Shown here: positions 1 through 8,644 of the stretch, piece after piece
Numbering within the stretch: the first letter of the stretch is position 1
Layout: the number at the start of each line of letters is the position of its first letter
Assembly (NCBI RefSeq): GCF_018398935.1
Contig: NZ_CP074694.1
Span: 3,120,001-3,152,000, forward strand
From: Telmatocola sphagniphila
GTDB taxonomy: Bacteria > Planctomycetota > Planctomycetia > Gemmatales > Gemmataceae
Direction: 5' to 3'
DNA: 32,000 nt
Notes under the pieces: generated by a model
Seen by the model: only the letters and a program-made list of their open reading frames with translations
What the model was told of the DNA's origin: nothing
Databases searched by the model: none
Made by a program: the position numbers and the translations under genes

Positions 1-431
1 AAGCACTCTTCAATCGTCTGCAGATCGGCCATCGCCTGACAGGGATGCGAAATATCGGAAAGGCCGTTGATGACAGGTACGGAAGCGAACCGGGAGACTT
101 CGTCGCAGGTTTCCTGCCGGAACACTCGAAGCACCAGACCGTTCACGTATTGCGACATGGTGCGAGCAAAATCGGCGAGCGATTCCCGTTGGCCCAACTG
201 AATTTCCGAGCCAGGGATGAAGATACTCGTTCCGCCCAATTGAGCGATACCCGCTTCGAAGCTGACTCGGGTTCGTAAGGAGGGCTTTTCAAAAACCATG
301 CCGACGACTTTTCCGCACAGGCTATTCGGATCTTTACCCTCTTCGTGCGCTTTTTTCAGACGGGCCGCGTTGGTCAGAAGATCCCGGAGGAGTTCGGGGG
401 GATGGGGCATCAGGTTGAGAAAATGTCGCAT
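1..431 (-). CDS. argF: ornithine carbamoyltransferase, N-terminal portion (rest of gene lies beyond window start)
   Basis: Not in the ORF track because there is no stop in the window. Manual minus-strand translation from ATG at 429-431 gives MRHFLNLMPHPPELLRDLLTNAARLKKAHEEG...GMVFEKPSLRTRVSFEAG...VPVINGLSDISHPCQAMADLQTIEE. It carries the S-x-R-T-R carbamoyl-phosphate motif and the HPxQ motif of OTCases, and it follows argB-argD. Confidence 0.88.
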   Translation of the reverse strand, partial: MRHFLNLMPHPPELLRDLLTNAARLKKAHEEGKDPNSLCGKVVGMVFEKPSLRTRVSFEAGIAQLGGTSIFIPGSEIQLGQRESLADFARTMSQYVNGLVLRVFRQETCDEVSRFASVPVINGLSDISHPCQAMADLQTIEEC

Positions 432-454
432 CGGAGCATCTCGGAAAAACGAGA

Positions 455-492
455 ATAGAAACAAATAAAATGACCCGCCGAATCGCGGCGGG
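455..492 (-). terminator. terminator-like GC hairpin plus T-rich tail between argD and argF
   Basis: On the minus strand, CCCGCCG-CGATT-CGGCGGG (7-bp GC stem, + coordinates 474-492) is followed by TCATTTTATTTGTTTC. It starts about 20 nt after the argD stop. Confidence 0.4.
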
Positions 493-513
493 AGAAAAGG
501 ATTATACGAATCT

Positions 514-1731
514 CTAAACTTTGTGGTTCAGAATGACTTCTTCCATGATGAAGCATCCTTCATCAATTTCCGCATCCGAAAGGGTAAGAGAAGGCAAGAG
601 TCTCAGTACCGTGGAGTGCGTGCAGTTGATCAGCAACTGCCGTTTCAGGCACTCGGCGACTATCGGCGCTCCCTCGCAGCGGAGCTGGACGCCAATCATC
701 GTTCCTTTGATTCGCAATTCTTCGATCAGCGGAGACTTTTTCTGAATTCGGCTGAAGTGTTCCCGGAATCGATCGCCAATAGCGTTGGCCCGTTCCAGTA
801 AGCCATCTTCTTCGATAGTGGCGATAGTGGCCAGAGCCGCCGCACAGGCTATGGGATTCCCGCCGAAGGTGGCAGCATGGGTACCCGGTTTGAGTTTTTC
901 CGCCACATGGGGTTTCGCCAGGAGGCCGCCTAGGGCAACACCACCGGCGACAGCTTTCGCCAGCGTCACGATATCAGGAATCACGCCCCAGTGCTGGTGT
1001 GTGTACCACTTTCCGGTTCGCCCCATGCCGGTTTGAACTTCATCGAATATAAGCAGCAGCTTATGCTCGTCGCACAATTTTCGCAGACCGGCCAGATAGC
1101 CTTCGGGGGGCAGGTTGATCCCGCCCTCCCCCTGGATCGGTTCCAGCAGGATTGCAATAGTTTCACCATCGATCTTACTGGCCACGGCCTGCAAATCGCC
1201 GAATGGACAGTACACGAAACCCGGCAGCATCGGCTCAACGCCCTGATGGTATTTCGGTTGAGCCGTCGCACTGAGCGAACCGTAGGTGCGCCCGTGGAAA
1301 CTGTTGAGCATCGTGATGATCTTGTAGCGATTCCCGCCGGCCGGACCGGTGCCGTGCCCATTCAGTCGGGCCAGCTTGATGGCCGCCTCATTCGCTTCAG
1401 TTCCGCTGTTGCAGAAAAAGGCTTTTGCCTCAAAATCGGTACGAGTTGAGAGAGCTTCGGCCAGTTCTCCCTGCGATTCGGTGTACCAGGTATTAGGAAC
1501 GTGAATAAGGCGGGCGACCTGCTCCTGTACAGCTTCTACCACTTTCGCCGGGCAGTGCCCCAGGATACCACAACCCCAGCCGGGAAAGAAGTCGAGATAG
1601 CGGACCCCTTCGGCATCCCAGACGTGAGAACCTTCCCCCCGTACCAGGCAGACGGGATAGCGATTGTAATTGCCGATGACATATTTTTTGAACTGCTCAA
1701 TAGTATCGGCAGAGGATTTCACTGCAATCAT
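514..1731 (-). CDS. argD: acetylornithine aminotransferase (class III PLP aminotransferase)
   Basis: The ORF 514..1764 translation is typical of ArgD: NYNRYPVCLVRGEGSHVWDAEGVRYLDF, FFCNSGTEANEAAIKLAR, LLIFDEVQTGMGRTGKW, TFGGNP. I prefer the ATG at 1731 (MIAVKSS...) because the 1764 start would overlap the argB stop at 1742. Confidence 0.9.
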   Translation of the reverse strand: MIAVKSSADTIEQFKKYVIGNYNRYPVCLVRGEGSHVWDAEGVRYLDFFPGWGCGILGHCPAKVVEAVQEQVARLIHVPNTWYTESQGELAEALSTRTDFEAKAFFCNSGTEANEAAIKLARLNGHGTGPAGGNRYKIITMLNSFHGRTYGSLSATAQPKYHQGVEPMLPGFVYCPFGDLQAVASKIDGETIAILLEPIQGEGGINLPPEGYLAGLRKLCDEHKLLLIFDEVQTGMGRTGKWYTHQHWGVIPDIVTLAKAVAGGVALGGLLAKPHVAEKLKPGTHAATFGGNPIACAAALATIATIEEDGLLERANAIGDRFREHFSRIQKKSPLIEELRIKGTMIGVQLRCEGAPIVAECLKRQLLINCTHSTVLRLLPSLTLSDAEIDEGCFIMEEVILNHKV

Positions 1732-1741
1732 GGCACATCCA

Positions 1742-2617
1742 TTAAAGACGTATTTCCGTTCCAATTCCCGATTTGGTAAAAATCTCCAGTAACAGGGAAT
1801 ATCTCAAACGACCATCGATGACGTGCGTTTGTTCAACGCCGGAGCGCAAACAATCGAAACAAGCTTCCACCTTGGGAATCATGCCGCTATCTATAATTCC
1901 CTCGGCTATCAGCTTTCTACTCTCCGCCTCATTCAAAGACGAAATCAGCGTTTTAGGATCCTGGCGATCCCGGAGTATGCCAGGGGTATCCGTCAGAAGA
2001 ATCAGTTTGGCCGCTTTCAGGAATCCCGCGACGGCCGCCGCAGCGGTATCCGCATTTACATTCAACCAGTTCCCATGAGCATCGTAAGCCAGACAGGGTA
2101 GAACGGGAATGAGTCCCGCATCGGTAAAGCTGGATATCAGATCCCCATCGATCTTGTTCACCTCACCCACGTTGCCGAGATCGACGAGTTCTCCATCCGG
2201 TCCCTTCAACTTCAATCGCTCGCCAAACAAGGCCTGCGTACTCCCTGTATGCAGACTGACTGCCCGGCCCCCAAGTTCGCGCATCTGTCGAACAATCGAG
2301 TCGTTGATGTCTTCACGCAGAACTTTGGCGACGATGGCAAGAGTGGCCTCGTCGGTGTAACGCCTTCCCAGAACTTTTTTTGTGGGGAGATTGGCCGCCG
2401 TCATCGCCCGGTCTATCGGCTTGCCCCCGCCGTGCACCAAGACCGGGCGCAGGCCGACGGCGGCTAGAAAGAGGATGGACTGCAAAGTGGAGCGTAGCGC
2501 GGCCGGTTCCTCCATGGCACTGCCGCCCAGCTTTATGACCACCTGGCGATGCCGGAAGGCGTGGATGTAACCCAGCGCCTCGATCAGTATCTCGGCCTTG
2601 CGTATCGCGTCGTCCAT
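1742..2617 (-). CDS. argB: acetylglutamate kinase
   Basis: Translation MDDAIRKAEILIEALGYIHAFRHRQVVIKLGGSAMEE...VLVHGGG...NVNADTAA...LILLTDTPGI matches the amino-acid kinase / ArgB pattern. The ATG at 2617 is chosen over the 2698 ORF start because a sigma-70-like promoter lies inside the putative extension. Confidence 0.9.
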   Translation of the reverse strand: MDDAIRKAEILIEALGYIHAFRHRQVVIKLGGSAMEEPAALRSTLQSILFLAAVGLRPVLVHGGGKPIDRAMTAANLPTKKVLGRRYTDEATLAIVAKVLREDINDSIVRQMRELGGRAVSLHTGSTQALFGERLKLKGPDGELVDLGNVGEVNKIDGDLISSFTDAGLIPVLPCLAYDAHGNWLNVNADTAAAAVAGFLKAAKLILLTDTPGILRDRQDPKTLISSLNEAESRKLIAEGIIDSGMIPKVEACFDCLRSGVEQTHVIDGRLRYSLLLEIFTKSGIGTEIRL

Positions 2618-2656
2618 TGCCAATTGATGTTTTCCGTATTTCCAAACCAAAAAAGA

Positions 2657-2685
2657 AGTGTAGACATTGCTCCGGCAGACGTCAA
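2657..2685 (-). promoter_or_regulatory. sigma-70-like promoter upstream of argB (TTGACG-17 nt-TACACT)
   Basis: The minus strand reads TTGACG (2680-2685), a 17-nt spacer, then TACACT (2657-2662), about 40 nt upstream of the argB ATG at 2617. Planctomycete promoter rules are poorly defined, so this is tentative. Confidence 0.4.
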
Positions 2686-2708
2686 TCGCCTTTCGCACGA
2701 TCTGGCGA

Positions 2709-2720
2709 ATCTTCGAAGAT
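2709..2720. promoter_or_regulatory. perfect 12-bp palindrome ATCTTCGAAGAT in the argB / exported-protein divergent region
   Basis: Read directly from the sequence. It lies just upstream of the proposed argB -35 element. Confidence 0.3.
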
Positions 2721-2766
2721 ACTTCCTATACTAATTGAAACCCGCTTTACAGAGATCCGAGGACAA

Positions 2767-2780
2767 AGTAGGATCCTACT
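2767..2780. promoter_or_regulatory. perfect 14-bp palindrome AGTAGGATCCTACT
   Basis: Read directly from the sequence. It lies 35 nt upstream of the ATG at 2815. It could be an operator or a leader hairpin. Confidence 0.3.
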
Positions 2781-2814
2781 CAGTGGGAAGTTCGATTTTC
2801 ATGAGGAGTTGACT

Positions 2815-3144
2815 ATGACCCGGAGATTTGCATTATCCCTGGTGGCGATTGCGCTCTGTTCTCTCAGCTTTAACGCAATGGCCGCGGATGATCCTAAAGA
2901 AGTGAAACTGGTGGGCAAGGTGACTTGCGCCAAGTGCGATCTGGGAAAAGAAACCAGTTGCCAGACGGTGATCGTAGTTAAAGAAAAAGATAAGGAAGTG
3001 GTCTACTACTTCGACAAGGATGGCCACAAGAAATTCCACGGCGATACCTGCACGGCGCCGAAAGAAGGCACGGTCAAGGGCACGGTCAAGAAAGAGGGCG
3101 ATAAGATGGTCGTCACTGTCAAGGAACTGGAATACAAGAAGTAA
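2815..3144 (+). CDS. small exported Lys-rich, Cys-containing protein (109 aa), function unknown
   Basis: GAGGAG lies 6 nt upstream of the ATG at 2815. The N-terminus MTRRFALSLVAIALCSLSFNAMAADD looks like a Sec signal peptide. The mature part carries CAKC, SC and TC cysteines. A strong terminator follows the gene. The long 2617 ORF version is rejected. Confidence 0.7.
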   Translation: MTRRFALSLVAIALCSLSFNAMAADDPKEVKLVGKVTCAKCDLGKETSCQTVIVVKEKDKEVVYYFDKDGHKKFHGDTCTAPKEGTVKGTVKKEGDKMVVTVKELEYKK

Positions 3145-3160
3145 TCGAATCTGCTTCAGC

Positions 3161-3190
3161 AACGGATCGGCAAAACCGATCCGTTTTTTT
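3161..3190 (+). terminator. rho-independent terminator
   Basis: AACGGATCGG-CAAAA-CCGATCCGTT forms a 10-bp perfect stem followed by TTTTT(GATTTTT), 17 nt after the stop at 3144. Confidence 0.8.
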
Positions 3191-3307
3191 GATTTTTGCC
3201 CTTCGCAATATCACATCCGTGAATGCCCCCTGCTAGAATAACCAAGATTATTGCGTCGAGTTCGAATAACTACTGAAACACCGCGCGAACCCGAATTAGA
3301 GCCTTCC

Positions 3308-4252
3308 ATGAAAATCTATCTTGCCAATCCCCGAGGCTTTTGTGCCGGGGTGAATATGGCCATCGAGACGCTCGAAACTTCTCTCGAACTTTTCGGAACG
3401 CCACTGTACGTCTACCATGAAATCGTTCACAATCGCCCGGTGGTCGAACTTTTCAGCAAGCGGGGGGTAAAGTTCGTAAATAGCATTTCGGAAATCCCCG
3501 AAGGCTCGACCGTCCTTTATTCGGCTCACGGCGTCGCGCCGCTGATTCGCGAAGAAAGTACCCTCCGGAAACTTCGAGCCATCGATGCCACCTGTCCACT
3601 CGTGACCAAAGTTCACAACGAAGCGATCCGGTATGCGAAGGAAGGTTACGTCATCATCCTGATCGGCCACGAAGGTCACGACGAAGTGCTCGGAACCATG
3701 GGTGAAGCCCCACACGCCATTCATCTGGTCGAGGACATCGAGGATGTGGAAAATCTTCCTTATCCGAATGACGTCAAGATTGCTTATCTGACTCAAACCA
3801 CTCTAAGTGTGGACGAGACGATCGGCATTATTGCCGCTCTCAAGAAGAAGTACCCGACCATCGCCGGACCTGCCAAAGCAGACATCTGCTATGCCACGCA
3901 GAACCGACAAGAGGCCGTGAAGCAACTCTCTCCCAATGCTCAAATCGTTCTGGTTCTTGGCTCTCAAAATAGTTCCAACAGTCAACGCCTCGCTGAGATT
4001 GCTCGGCAGGAAGGCAAAAAAGCTTATCTGTTGGATACCGTCAAAGAACTGAAAAAAGAGTGGTTCTCCCCGAACGACACCGTTCTGATCACGGCCGGCG
4101 CCAGCGCCCCGGAACAGAATGTTCAGGAAGTGGTCGATTATCTGCGAACCGAATTTGATGCGACCGTGGAATCCTTCGTGGTTCGGGAAGAGCATGTGAG
4201 TTTTCCCTTGCCTCGGGAGTTACGCGGGCTGACTGTCATCGGCAAAGTGTAG
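3308..4252 (+). CDS. ispH: 4-hydroxy-3-methylbut-2-enyl diphosphate reductase
   Basis: MKIYLANPRGFCAGVNMAIE...YVYHEIVHN...AIDATCPLVTKVH...IGHEGHDEV...ICYATQNRQ...VLGSQNSSNS carries the three conserved Cys contexts of IspH/LytB. The ATG at 3308 is preferred to the TTG at 3251. Confidence 0.92.
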   Translation: MKIYLANPRGFCAGVNMAIETLETSLELFGTPLYVYHEIVHNRPVVELFSKRGVKFVNSISEIPEGSTVLYSAHGVAPLIREESTLRKLRAIDATCPLVTKVHNEAIRYAKEGYVIILIGHEGHDEVLGTMGEAPHAIHLVEDIEDVENLPYPNDVKIAYLTQTTLSVDETIGIIAALKKKYPTIAGPAKADICYATQNRQEAVKQLSPNAQIVLVLGSQNSSNSQRLAEIARQEGKKAYLLDTVKELKKEWFSPNDTVLITAGASAPEQNVQEVVDYLRTEFDATVESFVVREEHVSFPLPRELRGLTVIGKV

Positions 4253-4288
4253 TCGGAAAAATAGTCCTCTGGACGAAACGAAAGCGAC

Positions 4289-5107
4289 GTGATGGCCGCG
4301 GTCGATTTAAAACGATATTTGTTCGCTGAAAACGATCTGCGATCGCTACTTTCCCCATCCCTGGCGCCTTATCTCTCTCGATTCGAGGAGTATTTCTCAC
4401 TGCTGAAGACCTTACCGTCGGATCAACGCGGCGACTTCCTCTTCCTGGAAGAGACTCGCGTGGGCTATCCAATGGTATTTGGAAGCGGTCTGAACGATTG
4501 TGAAAAATTAGCCGTCTGGCTGATAGAGCGCTGCCCGGGTATGGAATGGATCGATCCGTTTTTCTGGATGCGCGAGTACAAGATATTCTCCGTCTCGCCG
4601 AGCGAACTGCTGATCGTCGAGTTACCGCAATTTTTACCGGTTCGCAAAGTCGAAGATGTTCGGAATCGCTTTAAGAATGGTGATGGCCCATTTCTACTGG
4701 GAGCCAGCCAGGCTCTCGTCGACGGGAGCCGGATCGTTATTCCTCGCGAAAAACCGGACCGGGAGATCCTCGAGAATCTCTGGAGCTTTCTCCCCTACTC
4801 GGCCCGCTCCCTTTCCTACGTTTCGTTTTCTAAAAGCGAGACGAATCATTCCGTGCACGTCCGAGTCCTCCCACTAACTGAAGCGGCGAACTCCCCCGGT
4901 TTTCTGACGGAAGATCAATGCCGGGATTATCCGCCGAGCCAGTTCGAACAGCAGTTGCAATACGCCTTGGATTATTCGGATCAGAAATTATTCGATCGAT
5001 TGATGTGCCGGCGCTCTTCGCGGGAAACCCTGAAGATGGCCTGGTTGATGCTGATTGTCGCGCTGGTTGTGATGGTAGCCTCCCGGATCCTAGTCCCCGG
5101 GAGATAA
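4289..5107 (+). CDS. hypothetical protein with C-terminal transmembrane anchor
   Basis: 272-aa ORF (GTG 4289 / ATG 4292) with ordinary composition. The C-terminus LKMAWLMLIVALVVMVASRILV is a single hydrophobic helix. I recognise no motif. Confidence 0.6.
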   Translation: MMAAVDLKRYLFAENDLRSLLSPSLAPYLSRFEEYFSLLKTLPSDQRGDFLFLEETRVGYPMVFGSGLNDCEKLAVWLIERCPGMEWIDPFFWMREYKIFSVSPSELLIVELPQFLPVRKVEDVRNRFKNGDGPFLLGASQALVDGSRIVIPREKPDREILENLWSFLPYSARSLSYVSFSKSETNHSVHVRVLPLTEAANSPGFLTEDQCRDYPPSQFEQQLQYALDYSDQKLFDRLMCRRSSRETLKMAWLMLIVALVVMVASRILVPGR

Positions 5108-5123
5108 ATCTAACTCGAAACGC

Positions 5124-5387
5124 TTACTTCTTATCGAGAATGCGTTTCTCGGATTGCATTTCCGCATCCAGTCGCTTGGCCGATTCCATACCATTGGAAT
5201 CGTTGATCTGTTCCGGAGTGATGTCCCCCGTCGAGGTTTCAACGATCGGATCGGCCTTCGCTTTATCCTTCATCGCTTCTTTCGGCGGAGCGGTTTCCGT
5301 CATCGGCGTATCCTTCTTCTGAATGGGAGTACAGCCGGTAACTATCATCAGGAGCGTAAAGCCCAAAATCGTTCGAGGGGTCATCAT
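5124..5387 (-). CDS. small lipoprotein (87 aa)
   Basis: MMTPRTILGFTLLMIVTGC has a signal peptide with an L-x-x-C type lipobox (IVTGC). Its start overlaps the upstream gene stop by 4 nt. Confidence 0.6.
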   Translation of the reverse strand: MMTPRTILGFTLLMIVTGCTPIQKKDTPMTETAPPKEAMKDKAKADPIVETSTGDITPEQINDSNGMESAKRLDAEMQSEKRILDKK

Positions 5388-5827
5388 TGATTGGCCTCCT
5401 GGCGAATGGGGCGACCGTTAGGTGCGTACCGGACGTCCGGGGTCGCTTTTGCGGAGCTCTTCTTGGCTTCCGCATTCGCTTCTTTTTCTCGCTTATCCAT
5501 ATCCGCCATAGAAATGGCTTTCAGCTTCTGCTGATAGAGTTCTGCAGCCCGATCTTCCAATTTTTCCACGTAATTTTGCAGTTCGCGATTATTCGTGGAG
5601 GTGGCGACTTCCCGCAGCTTACTGCAGACCGCCAGCCGACGTAGAAATGCCGCATGTTCCTGCTGCGTGGCTTCCTTGGTGGTCGTTGCGGAATTTGCAC
5701 CCTTCGCGGCCGATTTTTCGGTTGTCGTAGAACTCGCGCTATCGTTCTTGGATGCCGAGTCTTCAGCATAGCAAGCAGATGAGGCCGCGAAAAAAGCGAT
5801 CATACCTATGATTCGCAGATAACGCAT
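5384..5827 (-). CDS. exported low-complexity / coiled-coil-like protein (147 aa)
   Basis: MRYLRIIGMIAFFAASSACYAEDSA is a signal peptide. It is followed by an S/T/A/K-rich stretch and then a charged helical segment. Confidence 0.55.
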   Translation of the reverse strand: MRYLRIIGMIAFFAASSACYAEDSASKNDSASSTTTEKSAAKGANSATTTKEATQQEHAAFLRRLAVCSKLREVATSTNNRELQNYVEKLEDRAAELYQQKLKAISMADMDKREKEANAEAKKSSAKATPDVRYAPNGRPIRQEANQ

Positions 5828-5980
5828 GATTCCTCCCCCTGAATGCGTTGAGAATCCTGTCCCCCGACGGCTTCGCTCAACAGCATGGAATGCGTCTAGT
5901 GGGGGGCTCTATGACATGCTTTGCCGATCCTGTCCAGTCGAGTTGCATGCCGGGGGAAAAAAATTTTTATGAGAATCCCC

Positions 5981-6775
5981 CTACTTCACCAGATACCCCA
6001 GCATTTCGGGATGGATCTTGCCATTCGTCGCCAGAACGTCCGGCTCGAAGGGATCGAACGGATCGCCATTCAAACGGCTGATCATTCCGCCGGCCTCCCG
6101 GACCAGTAAAAGTCCCGCCACGACATCCCAGGGATAGTTGTCGAAAGCCCAATAGCCGTCGAATCGGCCGCAAGCCACATAAGCAAGGTTGAGCGCGGTA
6201 GAGCCGGTGCGGCGCATCGCCTGGGAAGCCAGCGAAAGCGGTCGCCAGGCTTCGAGGTTGCGTAACTGGGCATCCGGGGCCGGCGGAAATCCGGTCGATA
6301 GCATCGCCCCGCGAAGATTTTCAATCTGGGAAACTCTAATCGGTTTACGATTCAACGTTGCACCATGTCCCTTCGCCGTACTGAACATTTCGTTCAAACG
6401 GGGATCGTAAATCACACCGATCTGAAGATCGTCATCGGCCCACAAGCCAATCGAGACACAATAAGCGGGAACATCATGAACGTAATTGGAAGTACCGTCC
6501 AGTGGATCGACCACCCACAGCGGCGCGCTACCGCTCGCGGGCCGAAGCCCCGTTTTGCGGCCGTCTTCTTCACCGAGGAAGCCATGATCCGGAAAATGGG
6601 TGAGGAGAACTGTTTTCACGGCCTGCTGGGCGGCCAGATCTGCCTCGGTGACCATGTCGGCGCGCCCCTTTTCCCGGGCATTGAATTTCCCCCGCCATGA
6701 CTCGAGCTGCTCGGCTCCGGCGCGGGCGGCTTCCTCGGCCGTGAGTCGAAACATCGTCAAATCCAGGTCTGTCAT
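5981..6775 (-). CDS. inositol monophosphatase family protein (SuhB/CysQ/HisN-type)
   Basis: FLGEE...WVVDPLDGTSNYVH...GRFDGYW...WDVVAG are the IMPase-family metal-binding motifs. Confidence 0.88.
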   Translation of the reverse strand: MTDLDLTMFRLTAEEAARAGAEQLESWRGKFNAREKGRADMVTEADLAAQQAVKTVLLTHFPDHGFLGEEDGRKTGLRPASGSAPLWVVDPLDGTSNYVHDVPAYCVSIGLWADDDLQIGVIYDPRLNEMFSTAKGHGATLNRKPIRVSQIENLRGAMLSTGFPPAPDAQLRNLEAWRPLSLASQAMRRTGSTALNLAYVACGRFDGYWAFDNYPWDVVAGLLLVREAGGMISRLNGDPFDPFEPDVLATNGKIHPEMLGYLVK

Positions 6776-6785
6776 AACGTTACCT

Positions 6786-8639
6786 TTAAATTCGTTTGAA
6801 CTGCTTTTCCAGATCCTTGTGGCTGAACAACAACGATGTCGGTCGCCCGTGCGGACAGTGATGCGAATCCTCCGCCATGTCCCGCAATTCCATGAGGTAG
6901 GAGATTTCTTCCGGGCTGAGCGGATCGCCGGCTTTAACGGCCGCCTTGCAGGCCATGGTAGCCAGGATATTATTGAACAAAGCCTCCCGGCTGGGCAATT
7001 TTTCCTTCGTCAGAAGCGTATCGATCACTCCTTGAAACCACTCTCCCGGTGTGCCCCGTTTCAATAATGCCGGATAACTCGAAAGTAAAATTGTGCCAGT
7101 GCCAAACTCACCGACTTCCCAGCCGAGTTCTTTTAACTCCTGTTTGGCTTCCAACACGATGGCCACCTGATCGGGAGGCAGATCGATGGGCTCGGGAATT
7201 AACAGTCGCTGCACTTCCAGATTCCCGGAACCAATTCGCTTGCGAAATTGCTCGTAAAGAATCCGCTCGTGCAAGGCGTGCTGGTCGATCAGCAGCATGC
7301 CCTCGGTGGTTTCCAGCACCAGATAGGAATCGTGGATCTGGATCGCCTTTTTGGAAAGAATGACCGGCCTGGCCGATGGTACCGGTTTTGGACTTTCCGA
7401 TGCGACAGCCGCCGGCGGCGAATCAATCGGATCCAGAAACGAAGTTGCCGGGGTTTCCTCAGCACGTGGTTTGGGGAGATCGAAGTTAGGCGGAGGCGGC
7501 ACATAGCGGGGAATCGGCTCGAAGGATTTGGATTCCCAGGGCGCGGGAGTTGCGTTACTCAATTCCTTTCGCGGCGTGGAAAATAACCCCTGATCCCGCA
7601 CCGGAACCGGATTCGGAATCCCTTCGGGCAGTTGCAGGTGGGGAATCAGATTTTTATCGGCTAAAGTCTGCCGGATCGCGCCACGCACCACATGATATAA
7701 CGCCTGGGAATCGATGAATCGCACTTCCGCTTTGGTCGGATGAACGTTGATATCGAACATTTCGGGAGGCATCTGGAGAAACAGAAAACCGATGCAGTAG
7801 CGATTGGTCATTAAGAGGCCGCGATAGCCTTCCTGCAAAGCGTGGCCCAGGCTGCGGTCGCGAAACCAGCGTTGATTCAGAAAGAAATACTGCAATTTGG
7901 AGTTGCCCCGATCGCAGGCCGGGTCGGCTATGAAACCGGTCAGAGAGACCGGCCCCTGCTCTCGGTGAACGGGGAACAGATGCTTTGCGATTTCATCGCC
8001 GAAGAAAATTCGGATGCGATCCAGTAGCGAGGCCCCGGCCGGTACTTCGTAAATCATCCGGTTGTTATGCTTCAAAGTCAGATGAACATCCGTATTCGCG
8101 AGGGCAATCTTCGTGAAGGATTCGGTAATATGGCCCAGTTCCGTCGCATTCTGTTTCAGAAATTTCTTGCGCACCGGCGTGGCATAGAAAAGATGCTTCA
8201 CTTCAATTCGCGTTCCAGGGGAACCATTCCAGGAGCGAATTTCGGAAAAATCGCCGCCGTTGCATTGCAACTCTGCCCCGGTTTCCGAATCGTGCGTACG
8301 GCTTTGGAGCGTAACTCGGGCCACACTGCCGATGGAGGCCAGCGCTTCACCGCGAAAGCCCATACTTCGAATGGCGAATAAGTCATCAGCATTACGCAAT
8401 TTACTGGTGGCATGGCTGCTGAGAGCCAGAGGCAGTTCCTCGGCAGCGATGCCGCAGCCATCGTCGAATATCGCTATTCGCTCGGTACCCCCCTGCTCCA
8501 ACTCAATATCGATGCGATTCGAACCGGCATCGATGGAATTTTCCAGCAGTTCCTTCACTACACTGGCCGGGCGTTCGATTACTTCACCAGCAGCGATCTG
8601 ATTGATCACTGTTGGGGGCAACTGCACTATCCGCGGCAT
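6786..8639 (-). CDS. mutL: DNA mismatch repair endonuclease MutL
   Basis: The N-terminus IVQLPPTVINQIAAGEVIERPASVVKELLENSIDAG and GFRGEAL match the GHKL ATPase domain. The C-terminus DQHALHERILYE and ACKAAVKAG match the MutL C-terminal domain. Confidence 0.95.
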   Translation of the reverse strand: MPRIVQLPPTVINQIAAGEVIERPASVVKELLENSIDAGSNRIDIELEQGGTERIAIFDDGCGIAAEELPLALSSHATSKLRNADDLFAIRSMGFRGEALASIGSVARVTLQSRTHDSETGAELQCNGGDFSEIRSWNGSPGTRIEVKHLFYATPVRKKFLKQNATELGHITESFTKIALANTDVHLTLKHNNRMIYEVPAGASLLDRIRIFFGDEIAKHLFPVHREQGPVSLTGFIADPACDRGNSKLQYFFLNQRWFRDRSLGHALQEGYRGLLMTNRYCIGFLFLQMPPEMFDINVHPTKAEVRFIDSQALYHVVRGAIRQTLADKNLIPHLQLPEGIPNPVPVRDQGLFSTPRKELSNATPAPWESKSFEPIPRYVPPPPNFDLPKPRAEETPATSFLDPIDSPPAAVASESPKPVPSARPVILSKKAIQIHDSYLVLETTEGMLLIDQHALHERILYEQFRKRIGSGNLEVQRLLIPEPIDLPPDQVAIVLEAKQELKELGWEVGEFGTGTILLSSYPALLKRGTPGEWFQGVIDTLLTKEKLPSREALFNNILATMACKAAVKAGDPLSPEEISYLMELRDMAEDSHHCPHGRPTSLLFSHKDLEKQFKRI

Positions 8640-8644
8640 GAAGT

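Noticed and set aside
2617-3144. N-terminally extended ORF versions in the track: 2617..3144, argB to 2698, ispH TTG 3251, GNAT to 13117, MFS to 16192, redoxin-like to 21241, regulator TTG 10177.
   Set aside because: In each case an internal ATG gives the family-typical N-terminus or signal peptide. The extension would also overlap a neighbouring gene or a promoter-like element.
5940-5980. GGGGGA...TCCCCC inverted repeat with an A/T run downstream of the IMPase gene, as a possible bidirectional terminator.
   Set aside because: The 6-bp arms are separated by about 18 nt that do not pair, so a stable hairpin is doubtful.
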